Of a stretch of 64,000 nucleotides of DNA, positions 9,124 through 17,919 are shown piece by piece. The stretch comes from an uncultured bacterium. Lineage in GTDB: Bacteria; Zixibacteria; MSB-5A5; CAIYYT01. Below the pieces are notes generated by a model, which worked only from the letters and a program-made list of their open reading frames with translations, had not been told where the DNA came from and did not search any database. The stretch lies in assembly GCA_963726455.1 (NCBI GenBank), contig CAVSCK010000004.1, forward strand, positions 231,844 to 295,843. Direction: 5' to 3'. Positions within the stretch are counted from its first letter, which is position 1. Every line of letters starts with the position of its first letter. A program made the position numbers and the translations under genes.

Positions 9124-9873
9124 CTAGCGGCCGCGCTGGTTGCCCCAGGCAAGGACTTGCAGCCGTGGCGAAAACCGGAAACCATGCCGGGCGCATTCCT
9201 CCATGAGCCAGGGCATCACCGCAAGCTGACTTTGAGACGTGATTCCTTCAGGCATCAGAATGATATTGTCTGTTCCAACCAGAGGAACGTAATCCCGAAC
9301 GATTTCGTCAATGTCCTTGCGTTGCTGAACCACGAATTTGAAATCGGCGCGACCGGTAGCAAGGATTGCGCGCAGCGCATCGGGAACGATGTTGATCGCA
9401 CTGTCGAGACCGTTGTTGGTCAGTTTGGGAGAGCAGTTCCACCAGGATATCAATTCGGCCATTTCGGGACTCGGGACATACATGCCGTTGGTCTCAATCT
9501 CGAAAAACGTGAAGCCAAGTTTGCGCAATTCGGCAATGACAAAGGGGAGGCGATCTTGATGAAGCATCGGTTCGCCGCCGGTGAGGACAACGTGCACGTG
9601 TTCTGGAGCGGTTGCCGATGATGCAAGGAGTCTGGCAGCACTCTCTGCAATCGCGGTGGGAGTATACAACTCGCCGGACTCGATCTTGCCTTCCTCCCAG
9701 GTGAAGCGCGTGTCACACCAGGCGCAGCCGAGATTGCAGAACATGAAGCGGATGAAGACAGCTGGTGTGCCCGCAAAACGGCCTTCGCCTTGAATTGAGT
9801 AGAACATTTCCGTGACAGGGAGGAGGCCTGCGAATTGAGTCGGCCAGGGGGCGATCTTGGGTTTGTATGTCAT
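9124..9873 (-). CDS. queE: 7-carboxy-7-deazaguanine synthase (radical SAM)
   Basis: The radical-SAM cysteine cluster CNLGCAWCDT is present and overall similarity is to QueE. The ATG at 9873 is preferred over the TTG at 9927. Confidence 0.85.
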   Translation of the reverse strand: MTYKPKIAPWPTQFAGLLPVTEMFYSIQGEGRFAGTPAVFIRFMFCNLGCAWCDTRFTWEEGKIESGELYTPTAIAESAARLLASSATAPEHVHVVLTGGEPMLHQDRLPFVIAELRKLGFTFFEIETNGMYVPSPEMAELISWWNCSPKLTNNGLDSAINIVPDALRAILATGRADFKFVVQQRKDIDEIVRDYVPLVGTDNIILMPEGITSQSQLAVMPWLMEECARHGFRFSPRLQVLAWGNQRGR

Positions 9874-9880
9874 ATCAGAT

Positions 9881-10591
9881 TTACGTTGCGGCGTAGCGTG
9901 TGGGATCAGGAATACCGGCCTCGGCAAATCCCTTTCTGCGGATCAGGCAGCTATCGCAACCGCCGCAGGCGAGGCCATCCCAGGTCGGGTCGTAACAACT
10001 GCTGGTCAGGGAATAATCCAAGCCCAGCTCGATACCTTTCCTGATTATCTCGGCCTTGGTGAGACTGATCAGCGGCGCCTGTACGGTGATTTGACGTCCT
10101 TCGATTCCGGCCTTGGTGGCGAGGTTTGCCATCTCTTGAAAGGCGCTGATGAACTCGGGACGGCAATCAGGGTAGCCGGAGTAGTCAACGGCATTCGCGC
10201 CGATGAAGATCGTATCCGAATCGTTGGCCTCGGCCCAGGCCAGCGCCACAGAGAGAAAGATCGTATTGCGTGCCGGGACATAAGTGATGGGGATGGTGGA
10301 GCCGCGCGTCGATTCAGGCCGGTTCTTTGGCACCCTGATGTTGGCGGTAAGCGCCGAGCCACCAATAGGGGTCAGATCGATAGGGAAGATGAGATGCCTT
10401 TCGACTCCGACCGCGGCGGCGACCTTACGGGCGGCATTTAGTTCGACACGATGGCGCTGTTTGTAGTCAAAGCTGATGGCATAAAGCCGGTAGCCAGCAT
10501 GCTTGGCGACAGCCAATGTGGTGGCCGAATCGATCCCGCCGCTGAGAAGTACAACAGCTCGTTCGGATTTGCGCGAAGCGTCTACGTTCAT
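9881..10591 (-). CDS. queC: 7-cyano-7-deazaguanine synthase
   Basis: The PP-loop motif SGGIDS and the C-terminal Cys cluster CGGCDSC are present. Confidence 0.9.
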   Translation of the reverse strand: MNVDASRKSERAVVLLSGGIDSATTLAVAKHAGYRLYAISFDYKQRHRVELNAARKVAAAVGVERHLIFPIDLTPIGGSALTANIRVPKNRPESTRGSTIPITYVPARNTIFLSVALAWAEANDSDTIFIGANAVDYSGYPDCRPEFISAFQEMANLATKAGIEGRQITVQAPLISLTKAEIIRKGIELGLDYSLTSSCYDPTWDGLACGGCDSCLIRRKGFAEAGIPDPTRYAAT

Positions 10592-10600
10592 TCGATTGCG

Positions 10601-10628
10601 AATATATGATCATCAAAGACAGTGTCAA
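10601..10628 (-). promoter_or_regulatory. sigma70-type promoter for queC (TTGACA-16-TATATT), near-leaderless
   Basis: On the minus strand the sequence reads TTGACActgtctttgatgatcaTATATT, followed by 9 nt and then the queC ATG. Confidence 0.45.
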
Positions 10629-10672
10629 CATTAGTTCTCAGCCGAAGACGCCAATTGGCTTTGCAGTTTCTG

Positions 10673-10701
10673 TTGAATTGTGAAGGCCAAAACCATATAA
10701 T
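10673..10701 (+). promoter_or_regulatory. sigma70-type promoter for queF (TTGAAT-17-TATAAT), leaderless start
   Basis: TTGAATtgtgaaggccaaaaccaTATAAT is followed 6 nt later by the queF ATG at 10708. No SD sequence is present. Confidence 0.5.
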
Positions 10702-10707
10702 GGGGCC

Positions 10708-11109
10708 ATGAAGAAATCCGACTACGAAGGCAGACAGGATCATATCCGGAAATGGAAGACGCCGGCCATTGAAGTCTTCAAGAATATTTATGCTGACCGG
10801 GACTACGAAATTCGCATGGAGACGTCGGAGTTTACCTGTGTCTGTCCCAAGACGGGGCTGCCTGACTTTGCGGAACTTGTGCTTACTTATGTGCCTGATA
10901 AGCAATGTGTTGAGCTGAAGAGTTTCAAGGAATACTTGATGGCCTACCGCGATCAGGGAATCTTCCACGAGAACGCGGTGAACAAGATTCTGGATGATAT
11001 TGTGGCGGCGATTCAACCACGAAAAGCCCGGCTGGAAGGCAAGTTCAATTCTCGCGGGGGGATTCAGACGACGGTAGTGCGGGAGTATATAGCTAAGAGC
11101 AAACGCTAA
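10708..11109 (+). CDS. queF: NADPH-dependent 7-cyano-7-deazaguanine reductase (unimodular)
   Basis: The QueF motif EFTCVCPKTGLPDFA and the ELKSFKEY motif are present. Confidence 0.9.
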   Translation: MKKSDYEGRQDHIRKWKTPAIEVFKNIYADRDYEIRMETSEFTCVCPKTGLPDFAELVLTYVPDKQCVELKSFKEYLMAYRDQGIFHENAVNKILDDIVAAIQPRKARLEGKFNSRGGIQTTVVREYIAKSKR

Positions 11110-11252
11110 TCTTCTGCCTCAAGTACGGGTGGGCAGCTCTGAAACAAAGTTCTCGTTGCTTACGTCCAACAGGTGAATCTATACAGAAGAACGATAGTCG
11201 AACTATGTTCGCTAATGGTGCGGGAGGTTCAACCCTAGCAAGGAGACAGGGA

Positions 11253-12506
11253 ATGAAGTCAAGATTCAGTTTTGTCATGCTCACATTGCCAGTCCTGCTG
11301 GCTGCGGTCTTCTTCCTGAATGCCTGTGGGCAGCCGGGCGATAATTCTAAGATGTCACTGCAAAGCAAGATGCACTTGGAGGGAGTCAACCAATTGCTCG
11401 ACGTGTTGGACTCTCTTGTGAGCAGGAATCCGTCCCGTACGTCGCTGATCGAGTGGGCGAAGACGGTTGACGTGAATCGTGTACAGGATTCTGTATCGAA
11501 ACTGATCCAAAGAAACGGCGAAGATCGGGTGATCAACAAGATGATCGACGATCTGCTTGAGTCGCCGACTTACGAGCTCTACTACATACAATTCACCAAT
11601 ACGAGCCCGGCAACACATAAGAAGATACTGTTGTCGTTGCCATTCAGAGCCCCCGATAGCCCTGCGAGCATCGCCGACAATCTGAAGGAACTATGCCAGA
11701 ACCGGGAAGTCGTGAGAAGTTGGGCGCAGGAAGTGGTGGCGAAAATCAGCCTGGAGCGGAGTGATTCGCTGGCGAGGGAATGGGTGCCAAAAGGCGATTA
11801 CACTATTCCGGACATCTATTTCCTCTATGACGGCAACGGAGGTGGCTTCGCACGCAGGGGATCAATCGGTGTGGATCTGTTCACATCCGTACTGGTGAAC
11901 AAGCCGGGAGAAACTCGATTTGCCAATCTCTCCGATATCAACGTTGACTACCTGGAACGGCTACTTGCACACGAATTGCAGCACATATACACTACACAAC
12001 GATTCGGACCGCCGCGGACATCCTACCCGACATGGCAGGAGCAAATGGAAGATCGCATCGTGATCGGGCTGGTGCATGAAGGTGTGGCGGCGCAATGCTA
12101 TCCTCCGACGGGATTCAAGGAAGAAGTTTGGAATGACACGGCTACTGCTGCCTTCTGGATTGCTGAGTTGAATCAGCGACTGGCGGACTTGAAGGCGAGG
12201 AAAGAGAACGAAAACGAAGTGTATCAATGGTGGTCTGATTCTTACCAAGCCACACCAAAGAAAGTATTGAGAAGCTACCTGGGCAGGCAGCACGCGGAAG
12301 CTGATCTGGACCGACTCGTGCAGGAGCATATCCTCGACCGTCCCGATCTGGAGCACTCACTGGGCTGGTGGATGATTACCAGGATTAACGGTGACGGTAG
12401 TGGCAAGGGCAAGGTGATCCAACTATTGGCAGAGCCGCAGAAGCTCTACGAATTCTACAATGAGGTGATGAAGGGGGCGGCGGATAGTTTGAAGGTCAAT
12501 ATCTGA
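11253..12506 (+). CDS. lipoprotein with HEXXH motif (putative zinc metallopeptidase, DUF2268-like)
   Basis: The signal peptide ends in a lipobox (LNAC). An AGGAGA RBS precedes the ATG at 11253, and an HELQH motif occurs at about residue 245 of the mature protein. Confidence 0.5.
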   Translation: MKSRFSFVMLTLPVLLAAVFFLNACGQPGDNSKMSLQSKMHLEGVNQLLDVLDSLVSRNPSRTSLIEWAKTVDVNRVQDSVSKLIQRNGEDRVINKMIDDLLESPTYELYYIQFTNTSPATHKKILLSLPFRAPDSPASIADNLKELCQNREVVRSWAQEVVAKISLERSDSLAREWVPKGDYTIPDIYFLYDGNGGGFARRGSIGVDLFTSVLVNKPGETRFANLSDINVDYLERLLAHELQHIYTTQRFGPPRTSYPTWQEQMEDRIVIGLVHEGVAAQCYPPTGFKEEVWNDTATAAFWIAELNQRLADLKARKENENEVYQWWSDSYQATPKKVLRSYLGRQHAEADLDRLVQEHILDRPDLEHSLGWWMITRINGDGSGKGKVIQLLAEPQKLYEFYNEVMKGAADSLKVNI

Positions 12507-12523
12507 AAGCTGCATAGAGGTGG

Positions 12524-13663
12524 CTACAAATCCTCGCCGTTGTAATCAAACGACCGCTTATCGATGTCTCGGCCGTTGCAGGAAAGTTGCAGGTCATAAC
12601 TTCCGGGGACTTTGCGAACCGAATTGCGATGGGCAAAACGAACTGACTTGGTCAACACCTTCGACTCCCCTTTCGCCAGCGACACGGTTCCCAACAAGTA
12701 CTTGCTGATCCGGCGCTTGTCGCCCTTGCCGGGACCGATCATCTTCACCTGCAGACGCGCCCTGATCGGCTTGGTGTCGCGGTTGGTCACGGCAATGTTG
12801 AAGGTGATTGCATCGTTTATGCTGACTGTTTCGTGCGTACCCTTCTGCCAGTCGACTTTGAGTCTATCGGTGCCATCAAACTTCAGCAGCGCTAACGCGA
12901 CCGGATCACCGTTCTTGACCAGCGAGCGCAATCCACGCTGAACGACCCATTCCCGTTCCGGCGACAGCTTACCCTTCAGCCATTGTTTCGCCCAGCGGCA
13001 GAGCAGTTCGGGATTGTCTTTGGAAATATCGTTGAGATTGTTGGCGGCGGCATTGCGGACGTAGTCCGACGGGTCGTCCAAAACTTGCTCCAGAATCGGC
13101 CTGAGGATCGACGGGTCGCGTTTGAGAGCATCGAGTTGCTTGCACCAAACACCGCGCGGACGTAGCGCTTCGATCAGCATGCGGCGCACGGCGGGATCGT
13201 TGTTGTTAGCCCAACGGCCGACTTTCGGCAGTACTTTTTCGAGGCCGTGCTTGTGAATAATATCCTTGAGGGTGCCCTGGCTGGTCTCGCGCGTCCAGGT
13301 TCCCGGCAGAGCGCCGGAACGGTAGAGGAACTTTATCATGTCATCGAGTTTATCGGAGTGGAGGTTGAACTGCATTGACACGGCCAGCGACTGGAGCTTG
13401 TCGACCTCCGATTTGAAAAACGTGTCCTGCACTTTCTCGGCGGCAGGAAGAGCCGCCAGCATGTTCGCAAGCAATCGATACTGATCCAACAGCGGAAGGT
13501 CGAAGTATCCCTGGCCGATGAGATTCTTTACGAACGAGGACGCACTTTCGGCGCCAATCGCTTTCGCCAAATACTCAGTGAGAATCGGAAATGTGTTACG
13601 CTGCGGTGTCTCTTTGGGAACACCCTGTGTCTTTTCCTCGGTCGAATTCTTAGTAGCGGCCAT
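12524..13663 (-). CDS. DNA alkylation repair protein, HEAT-like repeat (AlkC/AlkD family) with C-terminal Ig-like extension
   Basis: The sequence has a HEAT-like repeat pattern (RNAAANNLNDISKDNPELL). A beta-rich C-terminal domain of about 110 aa is present, as in AlkC. Confidence 0.6.
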   Translation of the reverse strand: MAATKNSTEEKTQGVPKETPQRNTFPILTEYLAKAIGAESASSFVKNLIGQGYFDLPLLDQYRLLANMLAALPAAEKVQDTFFKSEVDKLQSLAVSMQFNLHSDKLDDMIKFLYRSGALPGTWTRETSQGTLKDIIHKHGLEKVLPKVGRWANNNDPAVRRMLIEALRPRGVWCKQLDALKRDPSILRPILEQVLDDPSDYVRNAAANNLNDISKDNPELLCRWAKQWLKGKLSPEREWVVQRGLRSLVKNGDPVALALLKFDGTDRLKVDWQKGTHETVSINDAITFNIAVTNRDTKPIRARLQVKMIGPGKGDKRRISKYLLGTVSLAKGESKVLTKSVRFAHRNSVRKVPGSYDLQLSCNGRDIDKRSFDYNGEDL

Positions 13664-13799
13664 GCCAGCAAATCTCCATCGCGCTTTTGAACAGGGTACG
13701 CAAGGTTAGTAGAAGCCGCAAGCGCAAAAAAGAGTTTCTCTTTGCACGGTGATTTCTGTATATATTCATGTGCACGGGGCTATTACAGAGGAGTAGATA

Positions 13800-15071
13800 A
13801 TGTCGTACTTGAAGCAATTTGATCCCGAAATATATTATGCCCTTCAGGGTGAAACCAATCGGCAGAACATGAAGTTGGAGCTGATTGCCTCCGAGAATTT
13901 TGTGTCCGAGGCGGTGATGGAAGCGGCCGGCGGCGTGATGACCAACAAGTATGCCGAGGGTTATCCCAAGAAACGCTATTACGGCGGTTGCGAGTTTGTG
14001 GATATTGCCGAAAGTCTGGCGCGCAAACGTGCCAAAGAATTGTTCGGCGCTGAACATGCGAATGTCCAGCCGCATTCCGGTTCGCAGGCAAATATGGCCG
14101 TCTACTTTACGGTACTAAAACCGGGGGATACGATTCTCGGTTTGAGTCTGTCGCATGGCGGGCATCTGACGCACGGGCACCCGCTCAATTTCTCCGGCAT
14201 GTTTTATCATGTCGAGGCGTACGAGGTTGACAAGACCACGGAGCAAATTGATTACGACCAGTTGATGAAACAGGCACTGGCAACCAAACCCAAGATGATC
14301 GTGGCCGGCGCGTCTGCCTACCCTCGTACACTTGACTTCAAGAAGTTCCGCGAAGTTGCGGACGCCTGCGGCGCATACTTGATGGTCGATATGGCTCACA
14401 TCGCAGGGTTGATCGCTGCGGGACTGCACCCATCGCCGATTCCGTACGCTGACTTCGTGACCACGACGACGCACAAGACTTTGCGCGGGCCGCGCGGGGG
14501 CATGATCTTCTGCAAAGAGAAGTATAAGAAAGACCTCGACAAAATGGTGATGCCGGGTATTCAGGGTGGGCCGTTGATGCATATTATCGCCGCGAAAGCG
14601 GTGGCATTGAAAGAGGCACTGCAGCCGGAATTCAAGGAATACCAGAAACAGATAGTTGCCAACGCCAAAACAATGGCGGAGGAATTCAAACGGCTCGGTT
14701 ATCATGTAGTGTCGGGCGGGACAGACACGCACCTGATGTTGCTGTCGTTTGTGGGGGAAGGACTGACAGGCAAGCAGGTGCAGGAAGCGTTGGACCTGGC
14801 TTCGATTACTACCAATAAGAACACGGTGCCGTTCGATCCGCAACCGCCATTAGTGACATCGGGTATCAGAATTGGAACTCCGGCAATCACCACCAGGGGA
14901 ATGAAAGAGCCGGAGATGAAGGCGATCGCCGGTTTCATCGATCGTGTCATCAAGAACCTGAATAGTCCGGACGTAATCGCCGGTGTAAAGGCCGATGTCG
15001 AGAAACTGTGCAATCGCTTTCCACTTTACCTCGAACGGATCGACAAGGATATTCCGGCGCAAGTTGTCTAG
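13800..15071 (+). CDS. glyA: serine hydroxymethyltransferase
   Basis: The match is unambiguous, including the PLP-lysine region [14 protein letters not shown]. An AGAGGAG RBS is present. Confidence 0.95.
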   Translation: MSYLKQFDPEIYYALQGETNRQNMKLELIASENFVSEAVMEAAGGVMTNKYAEGYPKKRYYGGCEFVDIAESLARKRAKELFGAEHANVQPHSGSQANMAVYFTVLKPGDTILGLSLSHGGHLTHGHPLNFSGMFYHVEAYEVDKTTEQIDYDQLMKQALATKPKMIVAGASAYPRTLDFKKFREVADACGAYLMVDMAHIAGLIAAGLHPSPIPYADFVTTTTHKTLRGPRGGMIFCKEKYKKDLDKMVMPGIQGGPLMHIIAAKAVALKEALQPEFKEYQKQIVANAKTMAEEFKRLGYHVVSGGTDTHLMLLSFVGEGLTGKQVQEALDLASITTNKNTVPFDPQPPLVTSGIRIGTPAITTRGMKEPEMKAIAGFIDRVIKNLNSPDVIAGVKADVEKLCNRFPLYLERIDKDIPAQVV

Positions 15072-15141
15072 AGGCGACGTCGGAATTCGCGTTTGAGGCG
15101 GGATCAAGTTCGGCGTCAGGCATTAGGAATTGGGGTTAGGT

Positions 15142-15447
15142 ATGCTGGTAGAATTCTCGGTCGTGCCGATGGGCAAAGGCGAATCAATATCGAAGGATGT
15201 CGCCAAAGTGATTGACGTGATCGATAAGTCGGGTCTGCCGTATCGGACCCATGCCATGGGGACGTTGATTGAAGGAAGTTGGGCTGAGTGTATGAAGGTC
15301 ATCAAGCGTTGTCATGATACTCTGCGCAAGTCGAGTGATCGCGTATATACCCGCATCGCAATCGACGACCGCAAAGGGCGGCGAAATATGATGCAGCGCA
15401 AGTTGCAGTCGGTAGAGAGCAAGCTTGGCAGGTCGTTTCAGAAATGA
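15142..15447 (+). CDS. MTH1187/YkoF family (DUF77) thiamine-binding-like protein
   Basis: The ~100-aa ferredoxin-like fold family is indicated. The ATG at 15142 (MLVEFSVVPMG) fits the family N-terminus. Confidence 0.65.
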   Translation: MLVEFSVVPMGKGESISKDVAKVIDVIDKSGLPYRTHAMGTLIEGSWAECMKVIKRCHDTLRKSSDRVYTRIAIDDRKGRRNMMQRKLQSVESKLGRSFQK

Positions 15448-15764
15448 CGGATTCTACACCGGTAATTGCGTTCTCAACCTGCGCGGACGCTGAGAAAGCC
15501 CAGAGAATTGCGAACGCCCTCGTGGAGCAGCATCTGGCTGCCTGCGTAAATATCATCAACAATGTGAAATCGACCTACCGCTGGCAGGGCAAAGTATCCG
15601 TCGATGATGAAACGATGCTGGTTATCAAAACAATATCACAGCACCTTGGGCGCGCGCAGGAAGTCATTCGCGAATTGTCGGGCTATGAATTGCCCGAGTT
15701 GGTGGCGGTGAATATTTCCGGAGGCTCGGCGGAGTACCTGAAATGGCTGCAGGCGGAATGCTGA
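15444..15764 (+). CDS. cutA: divalent-cation tolerance protein
   Basis: CutA1 family pattern over 106 aa; the start overlaps the stop of the upstream gene. Confidence 0.8.
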   Translation: MTDSTPVIAFSTCADAEKAQRIANALVEQHLAACVNIINNVKSTYRWQGKVSVDDETMLVIKTISQHLGRAQEVIRELSGYELPELVAVNISGGSAEYLKWLQAEC

Positions 15765-15789
15765 ACCCCGCGAACGCGTGAACTGACCC

Positions 15790-16566
15790 ATGGCAACGAT
15801 TGCTCTGCTGACAGATTTTGGCGAACGCGACGGTTTTGTCGGGATGATGAAGGGTGTCATTCTTGGTATAGCACCGGGCTGCGACATAATCGATGTTACC
15901 CATCATATAGAATCATTCAACATCAAGGCCGGAGCATTTGTGTTGCAGCGCACGGCCAGGCATTTTCCCACAGGGACGATCTTTGTGGCCGTGGTCGATC
16001 CGGGCGTCGGCAGCGAACGTCGAATTCTGGCAGCGCATGCCGGAGACTATTACTTTATTGCGCCCGACAACGGCATTCTGAGCTACGTGTTCTCTGACTA
16101 CGAAGAGCGCGAGATTGTTTCCGTCGACAACTCAATGTATTTCCGTGAGGTTGTGAGCGCCACATTTCAAGGGCGTGACATTATGGCTCCGGTGGCGGCG
16201 CATCTGGCGAACGGTGTAAATATGACGGAATTGGGAACGGCGACGGCATCCCATCATGTCATGCCGATGCCGAATCTGCTGAGATACAGACGTGGAGTGA
16301 TGGGGGAGATCGTCTACGTCGACAAGTTCGGAAACATGATCAGCAATATTGCCCGCAGCGATCTGCCGCGAGATGTTGAGATTTCGCAGATGCATTGCAT
16401 AATTGGTGATGCGAAACGAATTAAATTCGTCGATCATTACACAGCCGGCGAGGGTTTGTCGGCGATAATTTCCGGCTTCGACACGGTTGAGGTTTTCGTC
16501 CGGCTGGGCAGCGCAGCCGAACGATTCGCGCAACCGGTGGGAGCGACGATTGCAGTGGAGGCATAG
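15790..16566 (+). CDS. SAM hydroxide adenosyltransferase (DUF62, fluorinase/chlorinase-like)
   Basis: The N-terminus IALLTDFGERDGFVGMMKGV and the overall length are typical of DUF62. Confidence 0.8.
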   Translation: MATIALLTDFGERDGFVGMMKGVILGIAPGCDIIDVTHHIESFNIKAGAFVLQRTARHFPTGTIFVAVVDPGVGSERRILAAHAGDYYFIAPDNGILSYVFSDYEEREIVSVDNSMYFREVVSATFQGRDIMAPVAAHLANGVNMTELGTATASHHVMPMPNLLRYRRGVMGEIVYVDKFGNMISNIARSDLPRDVEISQMHCIIGDAKRIKFVDHYTAGEGLSAIISGFDTVEVFVRLGSAAERFAQPVGATIAVEA

Positions 16567-16569
16567 TTT

Positions 16570-17019
16570 ATGAAATGTCCTTTTTGCGGCGAAGAGTCGG
16601 ACAAGGTCATCGACTCGCGCTCGGTCCAGGAAGGCAAGGCCGTTCGTCGACGGCGCGAATGCCAGGCGTGCACTGAGCGATTTACTACCTACGAGTACGT
16701 GGAACGGGTGGCATTGACCGTGGTCAAGAGCGATCAGCGGCGGGAGCCGTTCGATCGGGCCAAGCTCAAACGCGGCGTGGAGATTTCCACGGCGAAACGG
16801 CCGGTGTCAGGCAAACAGATTGATACGCTTGTGGAGGATGTTGAAAACGAGCTGTTGAAGCTTTCGAAATCCGAAATATCGTCGCAAGTGATCGGCGAAC
16901 TGGTGATGGAACGTTTGCGGGAACTGGACGAGGTCGCGTACGTACGATTTGCGTCGGTTTATCGCAAGTTTCAGGACAAGACCGAGTTTGTTGACGAGTT
17001 GAAGAATTTGATGCAGTAG
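16570..17019 (+). CDS. nrdR: transcriptional repressor NrdR
   Basis: An N-terminal zinc ribbon (MKCPFC...CQAC) is followed by an ATP-cone domain. Confidence 0.9.
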   Translation: MKCPFCGEESDKVIDSRSVQEGKAVRRRRECQACTERFTTYEYVERVALTVVKSDQRREPFDRAKLKRGVEISTAKRPVSGKQIDTLVEDVENELLKLSKSEISSQVIGELVMERLRELDEVAYVRFASVYRKFQDKTEFVDELKNLMQ

Positions 17020-17025
17020 CTATCG

Positions 17026-17781
17026 ATGGCCAGAGACGACAAAGAACTTCCAGAGACAAAGGGTGTGGAGATGCCGTTTCTGGAACATATTGAAGAGTTG
17101 CGTCAAAGGCTGATCAAAGTTATCGCTACAATTCTGATTACCTCGATTCTGGCTTACATCTTCTCAGACGTCGTCGTCAATTACTTTGTCAAGCCCGCCG
17201 GGACCGTGTATTTCCGAAATCCCACCGGCGCATTTTCGATTCGGATCAAAGTCTCTCTGTTCATGGGGCTGGCAGCGGCCATTCCGGTAATCATCTATCA
17301 CTTTTGGAAATTCGTAGTTCCGGGGCTGTACGCGCGCGAGATCAAGTTTCTTATACCGGTAACCTTATTCGGAACGATATTCTTCTTCGGCGGCGCTTCA
17401 TTCTGCTTCTTTTTGGTGATACCGGCGGCGATGCAGATTCTACAATCGTTCGGCACCGACGTAGTCAAACCCCTGATTGATGTCTCCGATTATTTCTCGT
17501 TTGTGTTCTGGATGTGCGTGGCCTTTGGTGGCGTTTTCGAACTGCCGATCCTCGCTTATTTCCTGGGCAAAATCGGGCTGATTACGGCTCGCACCCTGCG
17601 GAAAGGACGCCGCATTGCCATCGTGCTAATCGTCGTCGCGGCGGGTATTATCACGCCGACCCCGGATGCCTTCAATCAGATGATGCTGGCGGTACCGCTC
17701 TATATCCTTTACGAAATATCCATTCTGGTCGTGCGTTACACTGGCAAGCGCAAAGACGAGGATGCAGCCACGCAGGGATAG
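17026..17781 (+). CDS. tatC: twin-arginine translocase subunit TatC
   Basis: The protein has six predicted TM helices and the TatC N-terminal LEHLEELRQRL pattern. Confidence 0.9.
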   Translation: MARDDKELPETKGVEMPFLEHIEELRQRLIKVIATILITSILAYIFSDVVVNYFVKPAGTVYFRNPTGAFSIRIKVSLFMGLAAAIPVIIYHFWKFVVPGLYAREIKFLIPVTLFGTIFFFGGASFCFFLVIPAAMQILQSFGTDVVKPLIDVSDYFSFVFWMCVAFGGVFELPILAYFLGKIGLITARTLRKGRRIAIVLIVVAAGIITPTPDAFNQMMLAVPLYILYEISILVVRYTGKRKDEDAATQG

Positions 17782-17919
17782 TGTTCGGAAATCTACCCTC
17801 CTTGAATAAGTAGTGACGCAGTCAGATCCTTCACATAGTTGTTCCAAGAAGGTCGAAATAGGATTTGGATTGGAGCAGCCAGACTGTATATTCACTAACC
17901 ATTTGGTGAAGATCGAAGT

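Noticed and set aside
10592-10707. preQ1 riboswitch upstream of queF or queC
   Set aside because: The intergenic region is 116 nt and is taken up by two back-to-back promoters whose -10 boxes abut the start codons. No preQ1-I or preQ1-II consensus was seen.
14115-14843. 242-aa minus-strand ORF
   Set aside because: It lies antisense within glyA and has His/Arg-rich low-complexity composition typical of shadow frames.
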